From: Octopus sinensis
Taxonomy: Eukaryota
Length of the DNA: 64,000 bases
Reading direction: 5' to 3'
Assembly (NCBI RefSeq): GCF_006345805.1
Contig: NW_021834487.1
Span: 248,001 to 312,000, forward strand
The notes beneath the pieces were generated by a model. It had not been told where the DNA came from. It worked only from the letters and a program-made list of their open reading frames with translations, and searched no databases. This document shows positions 52,648 through 64,000 of the stretch, piece after piece. Each line of letters begins with the position of its first letter. Within the stretch, counting starts at the first letter, position 1. A program made the position numbers and the translations under genes.

Positions 52648-52850
52648 TTTTATTCTTTTACCTGTTTAGACAGTTGACACTGGAGCACCGCCTTTAGTCA
52701 AACAAATCAACTCCAAAACTTATTTTTGCAAGCCTAGTACTTATTCTATTGGTCTCCTTTGCCGAAACGCTAAGTTACGGTAAGGTAAACACAGTAACAT
52801 CGGTTGTCAAGCGATGGTGGGGGACAAACACCGACACACGAATACATACA
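52645..52850 (-). mobile_element. SINE family A, 3' half
   Basis: GGAGCACCGCCTTTAGTC..CATCGGTTGTCAAGCG. Confidence 0.85.
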
Positions 52851-52908
52851 TATATATATAATATATATATAAGTTAAATTTTCTATCAAGGATCAGTACA
52901 TTATATAT

Positions 52909-53205
52909 CACTGAGATCACCATGACTGATCAGGCTATCAGATGTTGCTACATGTCGCTGGTCACAATGCGCTTTGCATTGTTTTAGCATTGAAATGATG
53001 CCATCCCACTGGCTAAGTGACCAGGCCAACAGAAGAAAGAGTGAGAGAAAGCTGTGGCGAAAGTGTACAGCAGGGTTCACCACCAACCCCTGCCGAAGCC
53101 TCGAGGAGCTTTAGGTGTTTTCGCTCAATAAACTCTCACAACGACCGGTCAGGGAATCGCAACCGCGAGTCCGCTGCCCTAACCACTGGGCCACTGCGCC
53201 TCCAC
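52909..53205 (-). mobile_element. SINE family C, tail type 2
   Basis: Homologous to 11767-12040. Confidence 0.9.
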
Positions 53206-53214
53206 ACACACATA

Positions 53215-53390
53215 TATCGAAATTGCGAGGTTATCCGGTTCTTGATTGAAGATAAAAGGCTTCGAGTGACCCGTCCGTGTTTTTTTGTATCGTCTATCTG
53301 GATGTTTTTTTGTCCCCTTTTGTATCACTTAGTTGTTCGGATGTTTTGGGTTCTTGTCCTATTTTGCATTTTATTTTATATATATATACA
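53215..53390 (-). repeat. Repeat family D fragment (also at 19421, 20133 and 45566 on +)
   Basis: CCGGTTCTTGA.TGAAGAT..AAGGCTTCGA.TG.CCCGTCCGTGTTTTT. Confidence 0.7.
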
Positions 53391-53452
53391 TATATATATA
53401 ATATATATATATGCATCCACACATATATATATATGTATATATATATGTTATA

Positions 53453-53490
<38 letters not shown>

Positions 53491-53500
<10 letters not shown>

Positions 53501-53817
53501 TATTAGAGACAAAACCACTATTTTGCAAACAAACAAGGAAAGACTTAAACAATACATAAAATTTTAATAAATAGTCCAAAAAAACCGCCACTACAATTGT
53601 TCTTCTTGTCTGATCGACAATCTCAGGTGGACTTCCAATAAGTCAGTTTCAAATTAAATTTGAAACTGACTATTGGAAGTCCACCTGAAGATTGTCGATC
53701 AGACAAGAAACAATTGTAGTGCGGTTTTTTTGACTATTTATTAAAATTTTATGTATTGATTAAGTCTTTCCTTGTTTGTTTTGCAAAATAGTGGTTTTGT
53801 CTCTATAATATTTTATA
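53491..53817. repeat. ~327-bp palindrome (tail-to-tail pLTR-like) between (TA)n tracts
   Basis: Arms of ~165 bp centred near 53656. Confidence 0.95.
53681..53724 (+). ncRNA. Type-I hammerhead ribozyme (mirror copy with indels on minus strand at 53585-53630)
   Basis: CCAC-CTGAAGA-TTGTC-GATCA-GACAA-GAAA-CAATTG-TA|GTG(G). Confidence 0.8.
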
Positions 53818-53885
53818 TTTTACTATAAAATTGATTTAATCCTAAATCTGATTTTTTCCCTGTAATTTGGATTTATTCCCTAATA

Positions 53886-53934
<49 letters not shown>

Positions 53935-54829
53935 ATGTATATATGTATGTATGTATATATATATATACGTATGTATATGTACAACGCTGAATATTCGTTA
54001 ATAAAGGAATCATGAGCCAGTTTAACTTAACATACTGGCGGAGGGGGGTTCCTTTAAGTCCCTGTCTTTATAACCGTCACGATGCAGTACCGTGTCGAAA
54101 GGAACTATTTTTATTTTGAAACTGACACCTATTTTTTGAAGTGAGCGATATTTTTTTTCTTTCCGATCCCACAAGCGTTATCTTATTACAAAAGCTACAT
54201 ATAATGGTATCTGTCAACTTTGGTAAAAACTAGTGAAACAGAAGAATCCGAGAAATCGTGGGATGATCTGGTCTGCATTGGCAGAAACGATCTTCTTTCA
54301 ATTTTTTTTTTTTTGTGTTTTATGAGATAATATGATTTGCTTTCTAAAACGGCGAAAGAATTTTCACTTATTTGAAACCAAACCATCAGCCCTTCAACGA
54401 TAAAAAAAAATATCAAAATAAATTTTTTTAATTGTTTCATTTATTATTCTAATTTTTTATTTTATTTTCTCTTATACTTGATTTTTTGTATTACGTTGTA
54501 TTTTTTGTTTCTTTTTGCTCCTTAAAATAACTCACCATCTTAAGAGTAATACCAGTACAACAGTATAATTTGATATCAATGCTCCTGTAGACTAACTACC
54601 CAGAGGTCTTTTCTTCAACTCTTCACGTTATTTGATGTCAAGGACTTTTCACACAAATATCTTTAATGTTATTTGATATCAAGTCTTCTAAAATAACAAT
54701 CGATTAAATCTCCACTATATTGCATGGAAGGGTAATTTCTTCCATGTTTAAAAATAAAAAAGAATGCAATCTCAAAACATAGAAGCGTTAGAGTGTTCTA
54801 ACGAAACAAAATCTCGCATTATTTCTTCT

Positions 54830-55560
54830 GGTTTATTGTATTCAGCGTTCATATCCTGCTGAGGTCATTTTGGATTTTATCCTTTCGGGGTCGAACAAAT
54901 AGCGTACCAGTGCTAAGAATGATGTAATGAACTAAACGCTTCCCTTAAAATCACTAGTCATCCATTTAGATTTTTAAAAATCTATTTTCATATCTAGATT
55001 TATCATGTCTTGTCGTCATTAATATATATTTGCTTAAGGCGGTGGGCTGGTTGGATAAGGTAAGTACGCGGTTGATCACTCCCGTAGATGTCATCGGCTT
55101 ACCCCTCCCACCGAAATTTCTGGCCCTGTGCCAAATTTTGCAGCAATTATTATATATTTTTGTAAGGCGGTGAGATGTTAAAATCCTCAGCACACACAGC
55201 AAAATCCTTAATAGCTTTTTGTCTCGCTTTAAGTTGTGGTTTCAGATTCTTCCGAGGTAGACATTGTCTTTCATCTTTTCGGGATAGATAGAATAAGTAC
55301 CAGTTGAATTCTCGGGTCGATGTAATTGGCTTATCACCTCCTCCAAACTTGCTGGCCTTGTGCCAAAATTTGAAGCTGGATAATATGCTTAGCACAATTC
55401 ACACTTGCTTTATGTTCTGAGTTCAAATTTTACTTCGGTCATCTTTCCCTTTCATTCTTTTGGGTCGATAAGTAACAGTTGAGCACCGGAGTCGATGTAA
55501 TCAACTAGCCTCATCCTCTAAAATTTCAGCCATTGTGCCTATAATAGAAGGGATAATAAT
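54830..55560 (+). mobile_element. Cluster of diverged family B SINE pieces
   Basis: Several TTTATCCTTTCGGGGTC / TTCATCTTTTCGGG / GTCGATGTAAT motifs. Confidence 0.75.
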
Positions 55561-55906
55561 GTATGTGTGTTTGTACCTATATCATTATTTACATAATACT
55601 ACCTTCGAAACACGCGATGAGACGAAACAGGGGCAGCTGAAGAAGGGGAATGTTCCTTGTGTTGTTTGTCTTGTACTCTGTTTTTTCGTTGTTAAAAAAA
55701 AGTCCGTTTCCTTGTTTGGTTTTATGTTTTCGTTTCTCGTTGTGTTCTACGTTTATTTGTGGTGTCATGTACTCATATATACATGTATATATACATATAG
55801 ATGTAGGTATGTACATATATGTATGTATGCATATGTTTTATTTATTAAATTGTTATTATATATATATATATATATATATAATATAAATAAACATATATAT
55901 GCATGT

Positions 55907-55945
<39 letters not shown>

Positions 55946-55979
55946 TAAACATATATATATATATATATGCATGTTTGTG

Positions 55980-56031
<52 letters not shown>

Positions 56032-56674
56032 CACATATATACATACATATGTTCGTGAGCCTTTCTCTTTGTGTGAACGCTTGTGTATGTGTAAATATGT
56101 ATTTATGTATATGGAATGGATTCGAGACTTCTCGTTGGTGCACAATGAAAAGAGATAAAAAATATTAAAAACAATCAAAGAACAAGTGGTAAACAAAATT
56201 CTAATCGAATCTGGTCATTACAAGCGTGACTCTGAGTACAAAAAAAAATTACATTAGCTTCACCTGTATTACTCGCCAAGAGTGCTTCGTTATCCGATCT
56301 AGAGAAAGATATGAGGAGTAAGCACCAGTTCCTTACTTAAAGATACTTTGTATGTGTTTTGTAACCTACATATTTAAACCAATTTCCAACTTATCTGCAA
56401 TCACTACGTCTCATTATGTTTGTCAATAGGCGTCATCTTCCAATTTACTCATGAACAATGTATATATACATATATATATATGCTTGTATGCGTGCGTTTG
56501 AGTATGTGCGGGGTCACGTATATACCAGTGCAATTAGTTCACCCTTTCCTATAAGTACAGACAAAAAATATACAATAAATAAATGCATATGTAAATTTAT
56601 ATATATATATATAGATAGATAGATAGATGGATAGACACAAACATAAATATATTCATATATATATATGTGTGTGT

Positions 56675-57038
56675 GGTGGAAGCACTCTGTCTGTTACGAC
56701 GATGAGGTTTCCGGTTGATCCGATCAACGGAACAGCCTGCTCGTGAAATTAACGTGTAAGTGGCTGAGCACTCCACAGACACGTGTACCCTTAACGTAGT
56801 TCTCGGGGATATTCAGCGTGACACAGAGAGTGACAAGGCCGGCCCTTTGAAATACAGGTACAACAGAAACAGGAAGTAAGAGTGAGAGAAAGTTGTGGTG
56901 AAAGAGTACAGCAGAAATCACCACCATCCCTGCCGGAGCCTCGTGGAGCTTTAGGTGTTTTCGCTCAATAAACACTCACAACGCCTGGTCTGGGAATCGA
57001 AACCGCGATCCTACGACCACTGGGCCATTGCGCCTCCA
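56675..57038 (-). mobile_element. SINE family C, tail type 3 (RTE-like tail)
   Basis: Same head and body as other C copies; distinct tail GGAAGCACTCTGTCTGTTACGACGATGAGG..GATCCGATCAACGGAACAGCC. Confidence 0.9.
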
Positions 57039-57050
57039 ATATATATATAT

Positions 57051-57174
57051 ATTGGAATATGTGTAATATCTTTGGTACAGTTGGGTATATTTGAAAGCAA
57101 AGAATGACTTCGCTGGTAGTTTTGATCATTTTAATTTTCTTTTTAATAATATAAGTTATAGTTCATAAATCTAG
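57051..57174. repeat. ~124-bp element duplicated at 58643-58764, both copies embedded in (TA)n
   Basis: ATTGG.A.ATGTGTAATATC..AAGAATGACTTCGCTGGTAGTT..TTCATAAATCT.G. Confidence 0.85.
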
Positions 57175-57505
57175 TATATATATATTTGTATGTATGTTAT
57201 ATATACAAACATTTCTGTACTAATCCCTCCACCGTAGTGGGGTGTGTATATGTAATAGTTTGATTCGACTCCATGTGACGTAAAACTTTGCAGGCCTTTA
57301 GCAGGCCTCAGATTACAGATATCTGCAAATATACGTACATATATGTGTGTGTGTGTTACGATACATGTGTCAATAGATGCGTATGTGTGTGTGTATATCG
57401 AATTGTGGGTCACCGTTTTGCCTCCACTTATTTTCAGTGACAGCTGAAGGTAAATGCTTGCTTATGAAAAGTCACTGAAATTCTATATATCGTTGGAAGT
57501 AAAAT

Positions 57506-57617
57506 ACGACTGGTATGCAGCTACTGACGTCTGCAAATGAGATAGCGTACGTCGACATCACGTGTCCTGTCAGTTGTGCTGCCTGTAGGAGGGGTTTCTC
57601 GTCTGTCAATGGTATAA
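57506..57617 (+). pseudogene. Possible ShKT-domain exon (needs a 1-nt frameshift)
   Basis: YDWYAATDVC / NEIAYVDITCPVSCAACRRGFSSVNGI ending at donor A|GTGAGT. Confidence 0.3.
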
Positions 57618-58000
57618 GTGAGTGATTTTATGCACCATGTGACCACATGAGAGGACATCTAGGCAAATAACGCAGTATTCGATGTTGTAACCTGACGTCT
57701 AGGTTACATTGGTTATAAAGATTGCTTTATCTCTCTCCACTTCTGTCTCACTCACTCCCTCTCCCCCTCTCTCTCTATATATGTGTATATATATATATGT
57801 ATATATATGTATATGTATAGATATATGTATATGTATATACATATATAATCTATATATATATGTGTGTATAAATATATAAGTATTTATATAGATATAATTC
57901 TACATTTGTGTGTGTGTGTGTGTGTGTGTGTGTTAAATAAAATGAGACAAAAAAGCCAAGACTGTGTAGAATTTTCAGGACATTTATAAAGAGAAAGTTA

Positions 58001-58040
58001 GTCTTACAGCTGTTTTCTGGGATATCCTTTCATTTGAGAC
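58001..58040 (-). ncRNA. Decayed hammerhead relic
   Basis: GTCT-CAAATGA-AAGGATATCCCA-GAAAA-CAGCTG-TA|AGAC; core U4/G5 are mutated. Confidence 0.45.
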
Positions 58041-58575
58041 GATGTGAGATGATTAAATAGAGGGAAATAGTAAAGTTCAATATGAGGAGTTATTTTGGAA
58101 AAGGAAGGAAATAAGAAGTATCCAGAGAAACAAAGGAATAAAAGTAAAAATAAAAATATATGTAGGATGTTATAGTTGCAGGTCCATTATCCAAAGAAAC
58201 CGGTGTGTAGAAGAGGTAGAAATGTCTTTTGTTCATGGTATGTAAATTCCGATAGGATTTCATAATTTTCATTACAAATGGAAAGCGTGGAAACGTAGAT
58301 ACCCTGTGCTATTCATTCAAAGGGGCATTGTGCCGTAATTGAAATTTTGAGAATATAGTGGTAGTTTTAAGTAGAAAGAGAGGAGAGAAAAGATGTGTAT
58401 ATTAAAATGAGGAGAATGGTCAAAAGGAATAGGTGAGGAAATAAGAAAGACAGAAAAAGGAGGAGAAAATGAAAAATTACAAAACGAAAAGGAGTACGTA
58501 TATATATATATATAAATATATACACATATATACACATATATATATATACCTATATATATACACATATATATATAC

Positions 58576-58647
<72 letters not shown>

Positions 58648-58763
58648 CAAATGTGTAATATCCTTGTTACCTTGGGTATATTTGAAAAAAAGAATGACTT
58701 CGCTGGTAGTTCCGTTCAGGTTAATTTTCTTTTTAATAATATAAGTTATAGTTCATAAATCTC

Positions 58764-58849
<86 letters not shown>

Positions 58850-59015
58850 ATGTATGTACGTACGCATGCATGTATGTATGTAAGTATGTATGTATGCGTA
58901 TATGTATATGATAATTTCAGATGTGTGCATGTGTTGGCTTATGTCTCAGTATGAGCTTAAGGAGGCTCTTCTGCTGAAGGAAGCCGTACTTCCACAGTAA
59001 TGTGTGTTTCAATAG

Positions 59016-61065
59016 ACGAATAATCTTGTTGTGCCTGTCACATCACCGGAAATGTTTGACCGTAATCGTCGTTGTAACTCCACGATTGACTTCATCCATC
59101 ATGAGTAAAATCATCGACAAGGAAGAACGGAAGCCATCATAATATTTTAGTTTACCATGTTATAATTTCGTTTTTTTATTTGCACGTGCAGCATATGACA
59201 TATTAAAATGGTTGCAGTTCTCGCACTTATATGAAAATAACTTGATAAAATGCAAAATTTCGTAAAGAAATTAATGTTTAACCATTTTCTTATAAAATGT
59301 TTTCCTAAAATTTGAACTTCCCAATTTCATTAGTTTCTAAGATACCGTAGCGTACAAGTAATAAAATTGAGAATGCTTGCAAAATTTCTAAACAAAAAAA
59401 ATAGAGCGCACCACTTTGCTATAATTGTAACCGTCACTCCCAGCGGGTAAATTTTTCGCCTTTAGCATTTCTGTAAGGGTAAACAACATTTTAGCATTTT
59501 ATTAGATTCTTCAGGCCATCATCAAAAGCACTAACATTATGGAGTGAAAAAATAAGGGTACGTTTAAGAATAGTTTTCTTTCTGTATGTAATTTTGAAAT
59601 TCTACAATGATTGAATGCAAACGTAAAAAAACATGAAGTATATAACTAATAATGGGGATATAAATAAATGTAGAAATATGGGATATATAATTCATGTTGT
59701 ATTCTTGATTCTCCTCTATAATCAAAAGCATTTCAAACGTAACAAACCCATCATTTTAATAAGGATGTATGACTACATTATATATACACCGGTTTTTAAA
59801 CTGAAAAATAAAAGAACCCACGAGCAAAATTCATTGTAAAAGTTTTACCTTATCCCTGAAAGGCCAAATTTTATAGTTCTTTCTGCGCAATAGTTTTGGA
59901 GAAGTTGTAAAGTTTGAAAACTATCTTCTGTTTACTAGAGAAGGCACTTACCTTATAACCTCATAAAGCTGTCTATCACTGGTGTGTTGTGTCTTTTCTT
60001 GAAGTCAAGCAATAAAGCCTGATTTGAAATAGAATTGGCTTCTATTTCTAGTAGGTTATGCGATCAGGTAGAGACCTCCTCGCAATAGTTATTGTTTTCC
60101 TATTGAACGTCACATATGTATCTATTTGAAAACTGGAAGTTTAGGAGATGGCTAGGCGGCCAGTTGATGTGATTACGGGTTCGATCTCACTCCCACCACG
60201 AGCAAGAGTCTTCTCCGGTTGACGAACCAATACATTTTGATAGAAATTAAGTAGCTGGAAACTGAGAAACCAATCGCATAACTCATAAATCATAAGTCAT
60301 ATACACACACAACACAAATACATATGCGCACACACACATGCATACGTACATATGCATACGCACATACGTATACAAGCACACGCATTTAGGTTCCCGTGTA
60401 TTTGTTCCTAATAACAATACTTACAGATACAAACTGAAGCACTGACTACTTTTAAAAGTAGATTGTTAAATTCTTTATTCAGGTTGTCGTCATTACATGA
60501 AAACATGATTAAATCTGTGAACTATAGAGACTTAGATAAATTCCAGAGTGTGTGTTTTTAGTAAACACGCATTTAGCATTCCTCTGGGAAGTAAAGAGAG
60601 TGATAAATTTATACATTTTTTTTTTATCTGTGCAATCACAAAAGAAAATTGGATTTACTAACGTCTCATCAAAATTTGGTTACTTATTCCTGTCCACAGA
60701 GATACTAGTCGCTTATAACTATGTACGTAACATACAAACTCGAAGAAAATTAAATCGAGCTGCTTATTTGTTAACAATGGTTGTGGTTGGCAACATGTAG
60801 TCTATTGTCTTTTCCCTGAACAGTTTAACTTATCGTTAACTGATGTTGGAGTAGATTTCTTATAATCTTCCTCAAGATAGACATTTTGGAATGTGCTTCA
60901 ATGAAAACAGGTGATAAAATTCTCATATTTGAATGTTGTTTCACTATTATTTAATAAATTTGTATTTTCTCCAGGACCGAGACATTGCACAGTAGCTTCT
61001 CGTAATTCAATTGACTATACAGATGAGTCGTTGAGACTATTGAACGACCACGTTGTACTTGCTTG
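59016..61065 (+). CDS. Weak candidate three-exon chain (59016-59104, 60483-60547, 60975-61065), product unknown
   Basis: AG/GT-bounded, phase-compatible and open: TNNLVVPVTSPEMFDRNRRCNSTIDFIHHELSSLHENMIKSVNYRDLDKFQRPRHCTVASRNSIDYTDESLRLLNDHVVLA. The first two donors are weak. Confidence 0.25.
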
Positions 61066-61644
61066 GTGAGAGAATGTCTCACATAGACATAAATATTTTA
61101 CTTAACAGATTTCCATCCATCAGCTGTCGACTGGATATAAAACAGTGATTTCGACACCTTCCGACACCATCGTGATTGGCTAGAAATATTGAGATTTCTT
61201 TGGCCTACATTTTAGAATGCAGATTCTCATAACCTTGCAATCAACCTGAACAGCTGTAAACATTCAGCCCTTCTCTGACTCCGTTACCACTTCCTGAAAT
61301 CTGTCTCAAAATGTTGTTTTTCCTTTCTAGATAACGATTTTTAAAAGCCCTTCTTTGCTAAGCAGATTGATTCATATCTAGAAATATACAGTGCAAGGTA
61401 TTGTTAGCTCTGAGACCATCTACTCTTTTAAAGCTAAAAGGGTGCGACTGAAGGTGTAGAAAAATAACATATTTCTGATTACCGTGGTATTCTTCTTGAA
61501 ATTCTGTCAATCACCCTCGTAAATGTTTAGCACCCTATGGCCATTTTTTGTGTGATAGGTCCTCGTTATGTGTAAGTGTGTATGTGTGCGTGCGTGCGTG
61601 TGTATATGTATGTATATGTATATATGTATGTATATGTATGTATG

Positions 61645-61676
<32 letters not shown>

Positions 61677-62134
61677 TGTATGTATAAATGCATCAGAGGC
61701 GACGCCAGATCATCAGCGTCACTCGGTCTTATCACAGATTTCACGTAAGACACTTGCCTGCTCGAAGAATTTAACGTTTACTCGCAATATTTCTAGCCCC
61801 AAATGGCTTATTTTTTTTACATCTAGCACTAGGTATTTCTTCATTCCTAGGTTAAGGGTAAAAATATAGCAACCCTGCAAAACACAACTGATCTTTTCAC
61901 AGAGAGGCACAGAATAACAGCAACGAAATAACAACAGCGGGGTGCACAACAAACGGCAGCGTTCTGACTATCGCTTGTACTCTTGACAAGAGATGCCAGT
62001 TTGTCTTTTTTTACCTATCAGGCTCGTTCGTATCAGCCGAGTTGCTGGATAAATTTTCGCTCCTTTCAGCATATTGTAGAACGGAAACTTTTCATAATTT
62101 GGGATTTAAATCCTAATCTCTATAGAAATTTATT

Positions 62135-62550
62135 CTTTACTCTTTCTTTACTCTTTTACTTGTTTCAGTCATTTGACTGCGGCCATGCTGGAGCACCACC
62201 TTTAGTCGAGCAAATCGACCCCGGGACTTATTCTTTGTAAGCCCAGTACTTATTCTATCGGTCTCTTTTTTACCGAACCGCTAAGTAACGGGGACGTAAA
62301 CACACCAGCATCGGTTGTCAAGCAATGCTAGGGGGACAAACACAGACACACAAACACACACACATATATATATATATATACATATATACGACGGGCTTCT
62401 TTCAGTTTCCGTCTACCAAATCCACTCACAATGCATTGGTCGACCCGGGGCTATAGCAGAAGACACTCGCCCAAGATGCCACGCAGTGGGACTGAACCTG
62501 GAACCATGTGGTTGGTTAGCAAGCTACTTACCACACAGCCACTCCTGCGC
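62135..62550 (-). mobile_element. SINE family A, full length, low divergence
   Basis: Both halves with internal microsatellite. Confidence 0.95.
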
Positions 62551-63029
62551 CTATTGTTTCAAGAAAACATAGAATTTGAATTACTTTTAATTTTTACAAT
62601 TATAGATAACAACACGGGCTGTAACTTCTGAGCATGTGTCAGGCACGTGTAAACGATGTCGCGAGAACGTCTGCTACGAATGATAGTTTTTGACACAGGG
62701 ACTGCTAAGACGATCACCAGACGCTGAACGAAAATAAATGAACTGCGACCAGGCTGAATAAAAGTTACTGGCTGAAATTACTTACTTGAAGTCAGTGTTA
62801 GCAGAAATTAAATCAGCTTGCAAATGCAGGTTCATTTACAAAATTTATACTCGTGCCAAGCCGGAACGGCCTGGGTGCCGGAGTTACCACTAATATGTAT
62901 ATTTATACGTATTTATGTATCTGCATATGTATGTGTGTTTGTGTGTATATATAATCACACACTTACACATGGGCGTTATACTTCTAGCCGTGTGTGTGTG
63001 GCGGGGTAGGTGTCTATGTGTGTGTGTAT

Positions 63030-63435
63030 ACTCTTTTACTCTTTTACCCTTTTACTTGTTTCAGTCATTTGACTGCGTCCAGCTGGAGCACCGCCTTTAG
63101 TCGAGCAAATCGACCTCAGACCTTATTCTTTGTAAGACTAGTACTTATTCTATCGGTCTCGTTTGCTGAACCGCTAGGTTACGGGGACGTAAACACACCA
63201 ACATCGGTTGTCCAGCGATGTTCGGTAGACAAACACAGACACACAAACACACACATATATATACCTATACAAATATACGACGAGCTTCTTTCAGTTTCCG
63301 TCTACCAAATCCACTCACAAGGCTTTGGTCGGCCCGAGGCAATAGTAGAAGACACTTGCCCAAGGTGCCACGCAGTGGGACTGAACCCGGAACCATGTTG
63401 GTAAGCAAGCTACTTACCACAGAGCCACTCCTACA
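63030..63435 (-). mobile_element. SINE family A, full length
   Basis: Both halves with internal microsatellite. Confidence 0.95.
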
Positions 63436-64000
63436 TAATGCATTAAAATGAAGACAGCTTATAAAGACGACTTTAGTAAAGAATTTTATATTTAATGTTA
63501 CAAAGTTAGATATATCTATAGAATTCATTACACAGCAAATATTTTCGTTACAATATACAAAATATTCTTTGACGTATCTGACCCATTGAGTTTTCTCTTA
63601 CAAGAGAATCGTCTGCAGGAAATGGATTCGTAAGCATGCATTGAGATACATTGGTAAATATATAATACATATTTAGCGATTGTGTAGTTTCATACGATTG
63701 GACTCAAAATATTGTTGCTCTTACATCTCCTAAGGAAATATAAGGGCAACAAACTGTTATTAATCAATAGCAGCGCTTATGATATACCATAATAGAAATT
63801 CTAAACAAATTATTATTTTTACAAGCATTTACAAATCTACTCTGTCCAATGTAATATCCTAGTTTGACATGAATCTTTGTTTCTAAGCACTTTTCCTGAC
63901 CTCGTGCCAATAAAAAATTTTAAAACGGTCTTCGTATGACGTCACCTTCAAAGAAACCGATGTGGCAATGTAAACAAAGCAAGGCGATCGTAATAAGTAA

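Noticed and set aside
55600-55665. GAAAC..CTGAAGA arrangement as a type-II hammerhead
   Set aside because: Stems I and II cannot be formed and there is no cleavage triplet.
62786-62892. Minus-strand segment ending in a consensus GTAAGT donor
   Set aside because: Stops in all three frames; at best non-coding, and unsupported.

Overview
AT-rich eukaryotic, repeat-dominated DNA, almost certainly cephalopod (Octopus-type tRNA-derived SINEs and very dense TA/CA/GATA/AAT microsatellites; the species assignment is inference). No intact protein-coding gene, rRNA, CRISPR array or prokaryotic system is supportable, and nearly all ORFs in the supplied track are microsatellite translations. Recognisable content: three SINE families, decayed mariner and Tigger transposases, mariner-type MITEs, an RLE-LINE fragment, a DINE-1/Helentron-like element, a tRNA-Asp pseudogene, a Penelope-like (PLE) GIY-YIG remnant and a few weak candidate exons on the + strand. 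The most interesting signal is a set of unrelated-in-sequence, mostly (TA)n-abutting elements carrying minimal type-I hammerhead ribozymes with palindromic stem III. Five distinct cores are recognisable (one duplicated in tandem, one mirrored in a palindrome), plus several decayed ones. They include a tandem ~359-nt ribozyme-delimited repeat attached to the PLE ORF, with a rare U3-A8 core, lying antisense to the ORF. SINE concatemers with a recurrent palindromic junction are a second notable pattern. Small indels between near-identical copies suggest a noisy long-read assembly, so single-base lesions and perfect palindromes need read-level confirmation.
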